The notes under the pieces: generated by a model
Databases searched by the model: none
What the model saw: only the letters and a program-made list of their open reading frames with translations
Told to the model about the DNA's origin: nothing
From: Cetorhinus maximus
Lineage: Eukaryota
DNA length: 64,000 nt
Assembly (NCBI RefSeq): GCF_964194155.1
Contig: NC_135901.1
Coordinates: forward strand, 28,024,001-28,088,000
Reading direction: 5' to 3'
Shown: positions 37,101 to 51,339 of the stretch, piece by piece
Layout of the letters: every line of letters starts with the position of its first letter
Numbering within the stretch: position 1 is the stretch's first letter
Program-made: the position numbers and the translations under genes

Positions 37101-38824
37101 TCTCTGGGTCAGAAGGTTGTGGGTTCAAGTTCCAGTCCGGGGACCTGAGGACAAAAATCACATTCAACATTCTGAGTGCCAGCACTGAGGGAGTGCAGCA
37201 CTGTCAGAGCTGCTGTCTTTGGACCCAAGGGCCCTGTCTGCTGCTTAAGGTGGACTTTGAACTTTCCGCAGCCACCAATTTTTAGAAGAGCAGGGGAGTT
37301 ATCCCCAGTCTGATTTTATACAATCCCTTATTCATACAGTTTCAAATGTTGAGGCTAATCAGAGCTTGAAGGTCTCTCTTGCCGGTACATTTCTCTTCAT
37401 TGCACATTCTTTACAAACACAGCAATTAAGGTTTTATATTTTTACAGAAAATGAAATTCAGTCTTTTAATATAATTACTGATTAATAATTGTAACTCAGT
37501 TAAGGCTCACTACTTATTCAATCATCTAATACCGACTGGTAGCTAATTAATACAGTAATTTTGAATTAACACATTTGGTTAATACAAGGTACATTGGTTC
37601 AAAAAGACAGCTTGTGGAAGACAATAGCTTTCTTTCTTACTGATTTTGATTGTATTGAAAAATGAGCTTTATTCTTGAGCTGGACTTTGACAGAATATGA
37701 AGTCCTGTAGCTTATCAAAATTAGAAAAGAATGTCTTTGTTTAAACAATTACTGCTAGCTCTGCAGTGTCGAGAAACATTTAGGTTTATACAGTGTTAAT
37801 TTTTAAAATAAAGATCCAGCCTTTACAAAGTAATTATCTATTATATTGCAAGGTTCATAACTGAATAATCATTTCTTTCATGACTGCCTTTCGATATGAA
37901 ATCAATATATATTTATTTAAGTTACAGAATGTGAAATGGCTGCAGCAAGCCACATGTTAGGGTTTAAAATGGCTTCCTTGACCTTGTTACTCATAACAGT
38001 GAATATGGTATGAAAGTGATTGAATTTTAAAAGTAAATTTGATTACCCAACCTACATACAGTTTCCTACATTACAACAGTGACTATACTTCAAATGTACT
38101 TTGTTGACTGTAAAACATTTTAGGAGGTCCTGTGGTCATGAGAGGTGCTATAGAAATGCAATTTATTTCTAATTGTCCGCATACTTGGATATTTAAACTC
38201 AGCCCCTTCATCAAAATCATTGATAACGATGAGCTTTAATTTTGTGTAATAACCATGTCATTGACACGATTTTGAATACTCTGTGAAAATCAAAACACAG
38301 AATATCCTGAATTACTTGAATGAAAACACAGCGAGTTGTTGTGATGTGGAATGCACTGCCTGAAAATGGTGTGAGGAGCAGATTTGAATTTATCTTTGAA
38401 AAGGGAACAGGACAGATCCTTGAAAGGAAAACAAAACTATAGGACAATGGAATGAATTGGATAGCTCTTTCAAAGAGCCAGCATGGGCATGATGGGCCAA
38501 ATAGCCTCCTACTGTGCTCTATGAGCCTCGTGTGCGGTTAAAATGAGTGGTAATGACCTGGAAATCACTTCCTATGAATGTGGTAGAAGCAGAGATGATG
38601 GAATGTTTTTGAAACGAGATTGGATGGGCACTTGAGGGAAATAAACTTCCAGCGATACGGGGATAGAACAGGGCAATGGGACTGACTGGTTTGCTCTACA
38701 GGGAGCCGGCATGGACTCAATGGGCTGAATGGCCCCATTCCCAACCCTAATGACTCTATGATCTGCAGAGAGAAATTTCAGTTGCTCCAGTCTCCCCATA
38801 TTAGACCAGCTTTATCTGTTACCA

Positions 38825-39006
38825 TGTTCTAATCCTGACAGCCTTAGGGTGGAGTCAATCATTATTTTGGTATAGATTTATTCACAGAGTGAAACATTAC
38901 AGGTATATTCCTCCTGACTCCACACTATGTCAGTAAGTCTCTATTGATGTGTACTCATGTAAATATACAATCAATATCTACTTAACCTGAATAGATACAG
39001 TTAACA
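38825..39006 (-). mobile_element. Copia LTR with primer-binding site (38815-38824); internal region deleted
   Basis: Colinear with 47901-48111; TGT...ACA ends; followed on the minus strand by tggtaacaga. Confidence 0.75.
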
Positions 39007-40069
<1,063 letters not shown>

Positions 40070-40534
40070 CTGTAAAAGGAGTTTACAAAAGTCAGTGCAG
40101 AGTAGAAATTCAGAACAGACAATTTGAGTTTTTCTGGAACATTATTTTCTCTCTCATTCTCCAGAAGTTGTAAATCTCCATCCCACACACTCTCCCTCTG
40201 TTCTCACTCTGTGTACCTGATATTCACCCTCCCAATTGTCCTGAAGGTGCCGGTTTATGCTGATCGACAGATCCATGCTCAGCACTTGCTGTCCTGTACA
40301 CAGAGACCCTAAAATCTTCATGCAGGCTGCTCGCCATATATCTGTCTATATTACTGGACTAAAATTGTGTGCAATATTCAATAATGTCAGACTTATTAGA
40401 GATATAGTGGTGGGGGGAGTGAGGGAGAATTTTATTCAGGGAGCAAGTGGACATGACCAACAACAACACGAGACCTAGAAATTCAGAACAGACAATTCTA
40501 GTTGCTTTGATCCCTGTGACTTGAAATATAGAAG

Positions 40535-40630
40535 ATATATATCTATATATATGTGTGTGTGTGTGTGTGTGTATATATGTGTGTGTGTAGATATATATAT
40601 GTGTGTGTCTATATTTTTCTATATATATAT
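40535..40630. repeat. Compound (TA)n/(TG)n microsatellite
   Basis: Seen directly. Confidence 0.9.
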
Positions 40631-40699
40631 GTTACATCGCTACAATACTATGGGACCAGTAATATTATCTCACGTAGTTTATGACAGACCTCGAAATAA

Positions 40700-41090
40700 T
40701 TTTTAAAATGTATTTCCATCCATTGTTTTATCTCTACCTTTTAGCTTATTTCGATCCCTTCCCCCCACCCCACCCCCACTAGGGCTATCTCTACCTTGCT
40801 TGTCCTGCTTTCTAACCTTAATGATCACATTCCTTTAGATAATATCACCACCTTCAACACCTCTTTGCCCTTTTGTCTGTGACATCTTTTGGTTTTCTCC
40901 ACCTATCACTGACCCTCTATCCAGCTCTACCTGTCCCACCCCCCCTTAAACCAGCTTATGTTTCGCCTCTTTTCTATTTTTCCTTAGTTCTGTTGAAGAG
41001 TCATGCGGACACGAAACGTTAACTGTTCCTCTCCGCAGATGCTATCAGAGCTGCTGAGTTTTTCCAGGTATTTTTATTTTTGTTTCAGAA
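40700..41090 (+). mobile_element. Penelope-like terminal-repeat fragment
   Basis: Colinear with 7810-8220; hammerhead-like motif at 40990-41022. Confidence 0.75.
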
Positions 41091-41149
41091 ATAATTTGGG
41101 CTCCACGACCTCGTCTGGTCGAACAGGGATTGACCAATGGAGAGAGATG

Positions 41150-41750
41150 ACAGACCGCAGGCCAGGCGCGCGGACACGGGAGCACCGCCCCCACCCATTG
41201 TTCCCCCTCCCCCTCCACCTCCTCGAGTCAAGGTTTCCAGGCAACCGGCTGACGGCTCCGGCCAGAGCGAGAAGCCGTTCGGGGAACTGGGGAGAGGGGA
41301 AGCTGCACATTTTGCGGGGGAGAGCCCGCCCCTTCCCTTCATGTTTAAAGATTGACCAATGGGAAGAGTTGGAGGACCTGAAGGATTCTGGTCCTCCAGC
41401 CAATCAGAGCGCGATCTTTGTGTGAATGAAGATTGAGCTTCACACAGACTAAAACTTCCTCCTGTGTCCAACATCTGTGAGTAAAACACTTTATTTTCTC
41501 CCCCTTTCCATTTCTTTTCTCATTCTGGGGGGAAATTGTTGACTTGCAGGAACTGAAGGGAAAGGAAGTGAATCCAGGGAGGGTGCAGACTCTGGAAAGG
41601 TTGGCCCAGGTCTCTCTCTCTCTCTTAAAGACATTGACATCCTTTGCTCCCTCAGCTTGACACATTTATTTGTCTGGCTAAAAGGATGGGCCCTTTCCTA
41701 ATGTTCACAGTTAAAGGGGTGGTTTCCCCAGGAGATGGCTGACATTTAAT
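41150..41750. promoter_or_regulatory. Promoter core 5 (inverted relative to core 4; type-B side truncated) with type-A exon 1
   Basis: Reverse complement of 31130-31720; donor gtgagt at 41477. Confidence 0.7.
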
Positions 41751-41933
41751 GGGACAGTAAATTGATATATGACTCGTGTCGTTACAAGATGCATATTTTA
41801 TATTTGTGTGGGACGGAGAATGACAGTTTTTACGGAACAAAAAAGGAAATAATGTTCCACAGTAATCAGAAATGCCTGCTCTGAATTTCTATCCTATACT
41901 GACAGTGATGCATTTTGTAAACTCCTTTTACAG

Positions 41934-43100
41934 GATATTAGAAGAGGAGGGTTTACAGACAGAAATCAAACGTCATGTCAAGATCTGACAGAGTCAATCG
42001 ATTGATCAGAACCTGAATATCATCAGTCATTGAATCTTGAAGGAGAAATGTTTGTCTGTTCTGTCTGCTTCAAAAGATTTGAAACGTCAGGTGAAAAGCA
42101 CTGAGACACACACACCCGAGTGAGAGTGTTCCAGTGGACTGACTGTGGAAAGAGCTTTCACCAACTACACAGACTGAAAAATCATCACACCATTCACAGC
42201 AGGGAGAGACCATACACATGTTTTGTGTGTGGATGATTCTTCAGCTTCAGCAGTTCAAGAAGGCAGCTCACCACCACGTTGTGAAGGGCAACGAGGGATG
42301 GGCAATAAATGCTGGCCAAGGCAGCGACGCCCACAGCCCATCAATGAATTTTTTAAAATTGTCTAACCTGGAGAGATACAAAGGGCATCTGCACCATAGT
42401 GAAACCGTGGAAATGTGTGAACTGTGGGAAGGGGTTCAGATTCCCGTCTCAGCTGGGAATTCACCAACACAATCACTATGGGGAGAGGCTATTCACCTGC
42501 TTAGAGTGTGGGAAGGGATTCACTCATTCATCCTCCCTGCTGAGACACCAGCGCATCCACACCGGGGAGAGGCCGTTCACTTGCTCTGAGTGTGGGAAGA
42601 GATTCACTCAGTTATGTAACCTGCAGACACACCAACGGGTTCACACTGGAGAAAGGCCAGTCACCTGCTCTCAGTGTGGGAAGAGATACACTCAGTCATC
42701 CACCCTGCTGACACACCAGCGAATTCACACTGGGGAGAGGCCATTCATCTGTTCTGAATGTGGGCAGGGATTCACTCGGTCAACCTACCTGCTGAGACAC
42801 CAGCGAGTTCACAAATGATTCCAGGGGTCAGATTCTGCTGTGATAGCTGCTGTTAATCACATGCAGGACTGAACCATGTTCATTCTGACACTTGGTGAAG
42901 TGGGAGGGTCGGTGGGTTTCTTTCTGCTGGACTGGCCGGTCTTACGAGTTTGCTTTCAGTGGGCTGATGCTCTTTGAGCCTCGGAGTGCACATTTCCACT
43001 GAAATGATCCACAAAAGCTAATAAAGTACATTTATTTTATCCTGGACAGTAAATAGTGTTTTTCCTACCACTACTGGTAGATCCAAAATAAATACATTTG
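41934..43100 (+). pseudogene. C2H2 ZNF paralogue G (5 fingers; ATG changed to ATA; LINE fragment in leader)
   Basis: ORF 42399..42818 starts at GTG; insertion at 42245-42350. Confidence 0.7.
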
Positions 43101-44234
43101 TCTCAGTTCCATTGAGTCTACAGCACAGGGCCAGGCCAGCCGGCTCAATTGGTCTGTGTCAGTATTTAAGCTCCACATTAGCCTCCACTCACCCCTCTTC
43201 ATTTCCCCCCACCAGCATATCCTTCTATTCCTTTCTCCCTCATGTATGTATTTAGCTTCCCCTTAAATGTATTCATGCTGTTCACCTCAACCACTCGCTG
43301 TGGGAGCGAGTTCCCCACACTCACCATTCGCTGGGTAAAGAGGTTTCTCATGAAATCCCGATTGGATTATTGAACCCCTTCATCATCTTAAAGACTTCCA
43401 TCAGGTCACCCTTCAGTCTTCTCTTTTCTAGATAAAAGCAGCCCCAGCCTTTCCTAAGGGTTAAATGCTCTCATTTCTGGTATTATTCTTGTGAATCTTT
43501 GTTGCTTCTTCTCCAGTGCCTCTATTCCCTTTTTCTAAATGGAGATCAAAGATGTTGACAGTACTCCCAGTGTAGTCTAACCATGGTTCAAAAAAAAAGT
43601 TGGACATAACCTCCCTGCTTTTCAACTCTATCCCTCAAGAATGGAATCCAATATCTGGGCCCCACACTTTAGGAAAGATGTGAAGTTCTTAGAGAGGGTG
43701 CAGAGGAGATTTACGAGAATGGCACCAGGGATGAGGGACTTCAGTTAGTTGGAGAGACTGGAGCAGCTGAAATTGTTCTTTTTAGATCACAGAGTCATTA
43801 GGGTAGAGAAGGAGTCCATTCAGCCCATCGTGTCCATGCCAGCTCACTGCAGAGCAAACCAGTCAGTCCCATTGCCTCGTTCTATCCCTGTCCCCCTGAA
43901 AATTTATTTTCTTCAACTGCCCATCCAATTTCTTTTTGAAACCGTTCATTGTCTCTGCTTCCACCCCCCTCGTAGACAGCGAGTTCCAGGTCATTACCAC
44001 TCACTGTGTAAAAATGTTCCTCCTCAAATCACCCCCATACCTTTTCATTTTCATTCTTTCATGGATTTGGGTGTCACTGGCTGGGCCAGCATTTATTGCC
44101 CATCCCTAATTGCCCTTAAGAAGGTGGTGCTGAGCTGCCTTCTTGAACCGCTGCAGTCCATGTGGTGTAAGTACACCCACAGTGCTGTAGGGGAGGAATT
44201 CCAGGATTTGACCCAGCGACAGTGAAGAAATACC

Positions 44235-44810
44235 CACAGTGATGTAGATATATCTCCTGTACAAAACTTTAAATCTGTGTCCGCCTCGTCCTTGTACCAT
44301 CAGCGAATGGGAACAGCTTTTCTCTGTCCTCCTTATCTAAATCTGTCATAATCTTGTACACCTCTATCAAATCTCCCCTCAACCTCCTTTGCTCCAAGGA
44401 GAACAACCCCAGCTTCTCCAACCTAACCTTGTGGTTAAAATCCCTCATCCCTGGAACCATTCTGGTAAATCTCCTCTCCACCCTCTCAGGGACCCTCACA
44501 TCCTTCCTAAAGTGTGGTGACCAGAACTGGACTCAATACTCTAGCTGTGGCCTAACCAGAGCTTTATAAAGGTTCAGCAAAACTTCCCTGCTTTTGTTCT
44601 CAATCCCTCTACTTCTGAAGCCCAAGATCCCATGTGCTTTGCTAATTCCTTTCTCACTCTGTCCTGCCACCTTCAATGACCTCTGCACATGAATCCCCTG
44701 CTCAGTCTTTAGAACTGTTCTATTTACATCTAAATTTCCTCTCCCTTTCCCCTCTGCGAAATCACATCGCCTCAGTCTTCTCAGTATTAAATTCCATCTG
44801 CCACTTCAGA
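44235..44810 (-). mobile_element. CR1 LINE fragment
   Basis: ORF 44269..44499 RRFTRMVPG...LGLFSLEQRRLRGDLIEVYK. Confidence 0.85.
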
Positions 44811-45784
44811 GAATGTTCAGTGTTAAACTAAACATTCAGAGAAGAGGAGGCACTGCTTCCTTTAATATGTCACCCACAATTGAAGATGATCCCCTCCCTT
44901 TCAATGTATACAAGGCTCATAGAGCATGGAAGGAAGCCATTCGGCCCATCATGCCGGCTGCTGCAAATATCTAAGTTCATAATTCATACGTTTTCAAAAA
45001 TAACTTTGGGGATTGAAATGTAGCTCGATGGAAACTCTGGGTTGAGAAACTGTTGAACACAACTCTGATGGAAATACAAATCAAACAAGCCTGGGCTAAT
45101 TACATTAAAATGTGACCTTTGTTTATTCAGTAAGGTCAGTGTTGATAGTGAGAACACTTAAACAATGGATGATCCATTGTGGATTTTTCTTTTTATTTTC
45201 CAGCTGTGGGACGAGAAGCCAAGAGGGTCATTAGGAACCAGCGTGTTCCTCATGTTTAAATCCCTCAGCAAGAAGGTAGTGAAACTTCCACTTGAACTGA
45301 GAAGTCCACAGCTTTGAGGCCTTAAGGGAAAATTGCAGTGTTTCTTAGCCTAAAGCTGATGGAAGGACCCCCATAAAGTCTTGGAGCTTGGAGAATAGCT
45401 GGAATACTGAGGAGAATTAAAGTGAATTCTGGAGAGCTTTGACATCCATTTGGGATGGTCCCAGGAACAGAAGCGAATGAACCTTCAAGATACCTTTAAA
45501 TATAAGTTCTCTTGTGGAGAAGTTGAAAAGTAGAACTGGGTTAAATCTTTATAAACTATAGCGTTAAGTTCGTAGTGCTGGTTTTTAATATTCTTTTGTT
45601 TTATATATACAGTAAATTTTGGTTTTCTTTGTAAATGTGGTGTAATTCTTTCAGTTATCACTGGGTGTTCGAATTTCTCTTTAAACGTTAACGGTCCTGA
45701 CCGGGATTGTAACAATCGGCACAAACAATATTTCAAAACAAACCAAAGAGGACAAAATATGATTTTCCTTATTTTGCACAAAGC

Positions 45785-48111
45785 ATTATTACATTTTAAG
45801 ACATCCCTCTTCTAAGATCCCCAGTAATTTCTTAGTTCGAGCACTTCTTTTTATGAAACAATCCGATAATTGATGACTAAAAATGGAACGAATTGTAGTC
45901 CCTTCGAAAGCAGGAGGACTATCACCCAGCACAGAGGTTAATTTGGGATTTCTCCTGTAGACCAATTGAAATGGACTTTTCACTCCAACCATCTGAAGTA
46001 AATTCCTTACATGAATCGTCCATGTCAGTGCAGTTGTCAACTTGCAGTTTGGCTGATCAGCTAAGATTTTCTGCAGCATTTCATTGATCACAGCGTGATT
46101 CCTTTCACAGAGTCCATTGCTGAAAGGATTTTCAGCTGCGGTGTTCATGACCATAATGTTCATGTTTTCACACACATCTCTAAACTCGTCATTAGCAAAT
46201 TTCCCCTCCATTATCAGTCAGAAACTTAGCTGGTAACCCAGGTCCAGTCCCTATCCATTTCTCCATGACTTGGTCTATAATCTCCCTTTTGCCCTTGCCA
46301 TGTATTATTGAGAAAGACTAAATCGGTTACCATGTCTATAAAGTGTAGAATGAAAATATTTCTGTCTTTGTCCCATTCCTTTAGATCCATGGCAACTACC
46401 TGGTTAAAGTCACATGCCAAGGGAAGGTTTACAAAAGGATGTGACGGCATCCTCCCATACTTTTTACACATTTCACACTTTGCTCTAATCTCCTCTGAGC
46501 CCCGTATACTCTTCACCAACCACCCCTGCATCTTTTAGCAGGATTTGTTATCTTGACGGGAAGGGTGAGCAAATTGTCTTTAGTTTTAAAATAATTTATT
46601 TTTTTCTCTCTGATTCTTATCATTGATGCCATTAATCCTTCTAAAACACTCTGATGAGAAACATCAGGTATTGTTAAGGGGAGACGATAATGTCCTGATT
46701 GAGTAAACTGCAGATTCACTGACTTTCCAAAAACAGTTGCCTTATCTTGCTCCATGTCCAGTTGCATTTATGCCTTTTTTGTGGAAGGTTTACTCAACAG
46801 TAAGGGTATCACACTGGAGACTACACGTCCTGATAAAGTAGCTGACTCCAGCTATTTTGCAAAAATCCCCACTCTTTTTAGTGACGTCAATGTGTTCACA
46901 TCACCAAACAAAAACAAGTAGAACTTTCATACTCCTTGTGTCAATCCTCATTACGAGGTGAATTTGGATAACATCTTTACCAACTGATCCACATACTGTC
47001 GAGGTGCAGCCACTGTCTAACACAGCACGGTTGAATGAGACTGTGATGAACACAATCATCACTGGACCAAAGCTCCTTGTGACTAGTACAATTCCTTCAG
47101 AGTGATCATCATCATCATCTTCAGCCTCAGAATTCTCTGTGTCATGTGTCACTTCGAAGACCCTGATTTTACACTTTGGGCAGTTCATCACATAATGATA
47201 TTTTGAGTCAGACCTGAAACACCTGTTAATTGTTCCTTGGTCATTCCTGGGGTTCATTCACCTATTAATGCTGTTCCAATCCTGTCTTTTGTTCAGATAT
47301 CCAGATCTGCTAAAGATGCTTTCACCCTCATTTGAAACCTGTCAAAGTCCATCTATGCTTCATAGGCATCCAATAGATCATCTTTCTTGTAAATCTCATC
47401 AATGAACCTGAATAGAAGATCCAAACCTTCTTCAGTGACGGGCATCCAGCTCACTAAATAGTTTGCTTCTCATTTTACTTTTGTTGGGAAGTGACAATCC
47501 CAAGACCAGACCTTCTTTCCTCCTTGGAGGGACATAACCCGTGTCTACATCTCCACTTCATTCTTCCACTGGTCGTGTGGCTCAGACTCCGAGAACATCA
47601 GCGGGTAATTAGACCCTGACAATTTCCATAATATAAAAGCAAATTATTGCAGATGCTGGAAATCTGACACAAAAACAGAAAGGGTTGGAAAAACTCAGCA
47701 GGTCTAGCAGCATCTGTGGAGAGAAAAACAGAGTTAACGTTTCGAGTCCGTATGACCCTTCTTCAGAGCAATTCCCTGACAATTTCCGCATGTTTTCAGC
47801 CATTTCTCACAAAAGCTACTCGGATTGTAAGCTTCTGTCTGAAATTTTATTTTCCTTCAGTTTCCAACCTCCAACATTAGACAAGTATTCTCTGTTACTA
47901 TGTTATAATCCTGACAGCCTGATGGTGAAGGAAGAAACTGGAGCCAGTCTTTGCTTTGTATAGATTTATTCACAGTGTGAAACATTACAGGTATATACCT
48001 CCTGAATACACCCCACTATGTGCCAGTAGTGTCTCTTTATATGTGCTCAAGTAACCATCCAATAAATGTCCTGCACCTGTGTATATTTTACCTCAATTGA
48101 CACAATTAACT
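45785..48111 (-). mobile_element. Degenerate Ty1/copia LTR retrotransposon, GalEa-like: 5' LTR (47901-48111), PBS, gag, protease, integrase; RT and 3' LTR missing
   Basis: Gag ATG at 47803; knuckle CFRSDSKYHYVMNC; protease AVLDSGCTSTVCG followed directly by integrase (CEMC...VAMDL...FID; DNG..F; NPFSNGLCERNH); PBS tagtaacaga at 47891-47900. Confidence 0.85.
47628..47773 (-). mobile_element. Short Penelope-type terminal fragment inserted in the copia gag
   Basis: 14-bp target duplication ccctgacaatttcc (47614-47627, 47774-47787); hammerhead core at 47733-47766. Confidence 0.85.
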
Positions 48112-50621
48112 CCCACAGTCCGAGCAGGCTGGTTAACCGAGTGAATCCCTTCCTACACTCAGAGCAGGCAAACGGCCTCGCCCCGGTGTGACCCTGTTGA
48201 TGTGTCAGCAGGTAGGATGAAAGAGTGAATCCCTTCCCACACATGGAGCAAATGAAGGGCCTCTCTCCAGTGTGAACTTGCCGGTGTGTCTGCAGATGGG
48301 ACGACCGAGCGAATCCTTCCCACATCGAGAGCGGGTGAATGGTCTTTTCCAGTGTGAACCTGTTGGTGTGTCAGCAGGTGGGATAACTGAGTGAATCCCT
48401 TCCCGCACTCAGTGCAGGTGAACGGCCTGTCCCCGGTGTGAACTACCTGGTGTGCCACTAGGTAGGATGACTGAGTGAATCCTTTCCCACACTCAGACCA
48501 GGTGAACGGCCTCTCCCCGGTGTGAAATACTTGGTGTGCCACTAGGTGGGATGACTGAGTGAATCCCTTCCCACACACAGAGCAGGTGAATGGCTTCTCC
48601 CTGGTGTGAGTTACCTGGTGTGCCACTAGGTGTGTAGACTGAGTGAATGCCTTCCCACAATCAGAGCAGGTGAATGGCCTCTCCTTGGTGTGAGCTACCT
48701 GGTGTGCCATTAGGTGGGATGACAGAGTGAATCCCTTCCCACACACAGAGCAGGTGAATGGCTTCTCCCTGGCGTGAGTTACCTGGTGTGCCACTAGGTG
48801 TGTAGACTGAGTGAATGCCTTCCCACAATCAGAGCAGGTGAATGGCCTCTCCTTGGTGTGAGCTACCTGGTGTGCCATTAGGTGGGATGACAGAGTGAAT
48901 CCCTTCCCACACACACAGCAGGTGAAAGGCCTCTCCCTGGTGTGAACTGCCTGGTGTGCCACGAGATGGGATGACTGAGTGAGTGAATCCCTTCCCACAC
49001 TCGGAGCAGGTGAATGGCTTCTACTTGGTGTGAACTATCTGGTGTGCCACTTGGTGGAATCACTGAATGAATCCCTTCCCACACTCAGAGCAGATGAATA
49101 GCTTCTCCATGGTGTGAACTGCCTGGTGTGCCACAAGGTGGGATGACTGAGTGAATCCCTTCCCACAAACAGAGCAGGTGAACGGCCTCTCCTCAGTGTG
49201 AACTACCTGGTGTGCCACTAGGTGCACAGACTGAGTGAATCCCTTCCCACACACAGAGCAGGTGAACGACCTCTCCCAGGTGTGAACTGCCTGGTGTGCC
49301 ACTTGGTGGGATGACTGAGTGAATCCCTTCCCACACTCAGAGCAGGAGAACAGCCTCTCCCCAGTGTGGACTACCTGGTGTACCAGTAGGTGGGATGACT
49401 GAGTGAATTCTTTCCCACATTCAGAGCAGATGAATGGCTTCTCCCTGGTGTTAACTACCTGGTGTGCCACTAGGTGGGATGAATGCGTGAATCCTTTCCC
49501 ACACACAGAGCAGGTGAGCAGCCTCTCCCTGGTGTGAGCTATCTGGTGTGCCAGTAAGTGTAATGGATTACTGAATCCCTTCCCACACACAGAGCAGATG
49601 TGCGGCCTCTCCCTGGTGTGAGCTATCTGGTGTGCCACTAGGTGGGATGACTGAGTGAATACTTTCTCACACACAGAGCAGGTGAGCGGCCTCTCCCTGG
49701 TGTGAGTGATCTGGTGTGCCACTAGGTGTGAGTAATGAGTGAATCCCTTCCCACACACAGGGCAGGTGAATGGCCTCTCCCCGGTGTGAATGTGTTGATG
49801 AGTTTCCAGCACAGATGTGGTTTGGAATCCCTTCCCACCGTCCCCACATTTCCAGTTTCTCCATGATGCGTGTGCCCTTGTGTATCTCCATGTCTGTTGA
49901 TCAATTGGTGCCTTGTCCACACACAACACATATGTGGTGTCTCCCCTTTGTGAATGGTGTGATGTTTTTTCAGTCTGTTTAACTGATGACAGCTGTTTCC
50001 ACAGTCGGTGCACTGGAACACTCTCACTCGGGTGTGTATGTCTCGGTGCTTTTCCAATCACACTGATGTTTGAAACATTTTGAACCAGACAAAACAGACA
50101 ATCATCTCTCCTTCTAGATTCAAAGGCCAATGATATTCAGGTCCTGATGAATCAAGTAACTCTGGCAGATGCTAACATGAATTTTGGTTTGAGAATTTCT
50201 AGCACAGACGGATTCTGGAATCCCTTCCCACAGTCCCCACATTTCCATGGTTTCTCCATGGTGTGGGTGTCCTTATGTCTTCTCTGTGTTTGATAATCAG
50301 TTGAAGCCTCATACATGCACAGAACACATGTACAGTCTCTCCCCGCTGTGAATGGTGTGATTTTTTTTTCAGGCTGTGTAACTGGTTAAAACTCTTTCCA
50401 TAGTCAGTGCACTGGAACACTCTCACTCGGGTGTGTGTGTCTCAGTGCCTTTCCAATCACACCAATGTTTAGAATCTTTCCCCACAGACAGAACAGCCAA
50501 ACGTTTCTCCACATTCAAAGGTCAATTATGTTCAGGCCCTGATGAATTGAATGACACTGTGAGAGCTTGATGTGATTTTTGGTTTGAGATTTTTGTCTGC
50601 AAATCCTCCCCCTCTAATATC
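48112..50621 (-). pseudogene. Long C2H2 ZNF paralogue H (about 20 finger repeats, duplicated leader, frameshifted)
   Basis: ORFs 49060..50130, 48159..48998 and 48047..48325; repeated QSSHLVAHQ helices; indels near 49855, 48980 and 48345. Confidence 0.85.
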
Positions 50622-51339
50622 CTGCAAAAGGAGTTTACTGTCAGTACAGGATAGAAATTCAGAATCGATAATTCTAGTTTCTATGAAACATTCTTTCCTC
50701 TCCTGTTCCCCAAAACCTGTAAATCTCTGTCCCACACACTCTCCCTCCAATCTCACTCTGCTGTACCCAATATACAACCTCCCAATTCTCTTGAAAGTGC
50801 AAATTCATCCCGATTGGCAGATCCATGTTCAGCACTGTTAGTCCAGCAAACAGAGCTGTGAGCCATATGGATGAACACATTAGAGGAGTTCAAATGTTGT
50901 AATGTAATATAACATGCATTGCATGATTAGAGGTATGGGGGGATGCAAGAAACAACATTATTTAGGAGTGAGTGATCATGACCTGAAATTCAGTGTGTCT
51001 GTGGATGGTGGAACTGGAGATGATCATTGATTTCAGAATGAAATTCGATGGACACTTGATGGAAATACACTTGCAGGGGAACGGGGATATCAAAGGGGAA
51101 TGGGACTGACTGGATTCTTCCACAGAGAGTTGGCATGAACTTGAGTTGTCGAATTAACTCCTTCTGTGCAGTAATGACCCTCTGACTGGAAATATATACA
51201 CAGCTACAGTCTTATACTACAAAACTGGAAAGGATAATAAATGAATTTAATTACAGGACTACAAATAATATATCTAAACTGTTCCCTATCATAACATTAG
51301 ACATATCTCTGTCCTTTATTAATTTACTGGCCCCTTAAA

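Noticed and set aside
44960-45714. Possible additional LTR ending ttgtaaca, or the copia 3' LTR
   Set aside because: No similarity to the 47901-48111 LTR, and I could not define a 5' end or target duplication.
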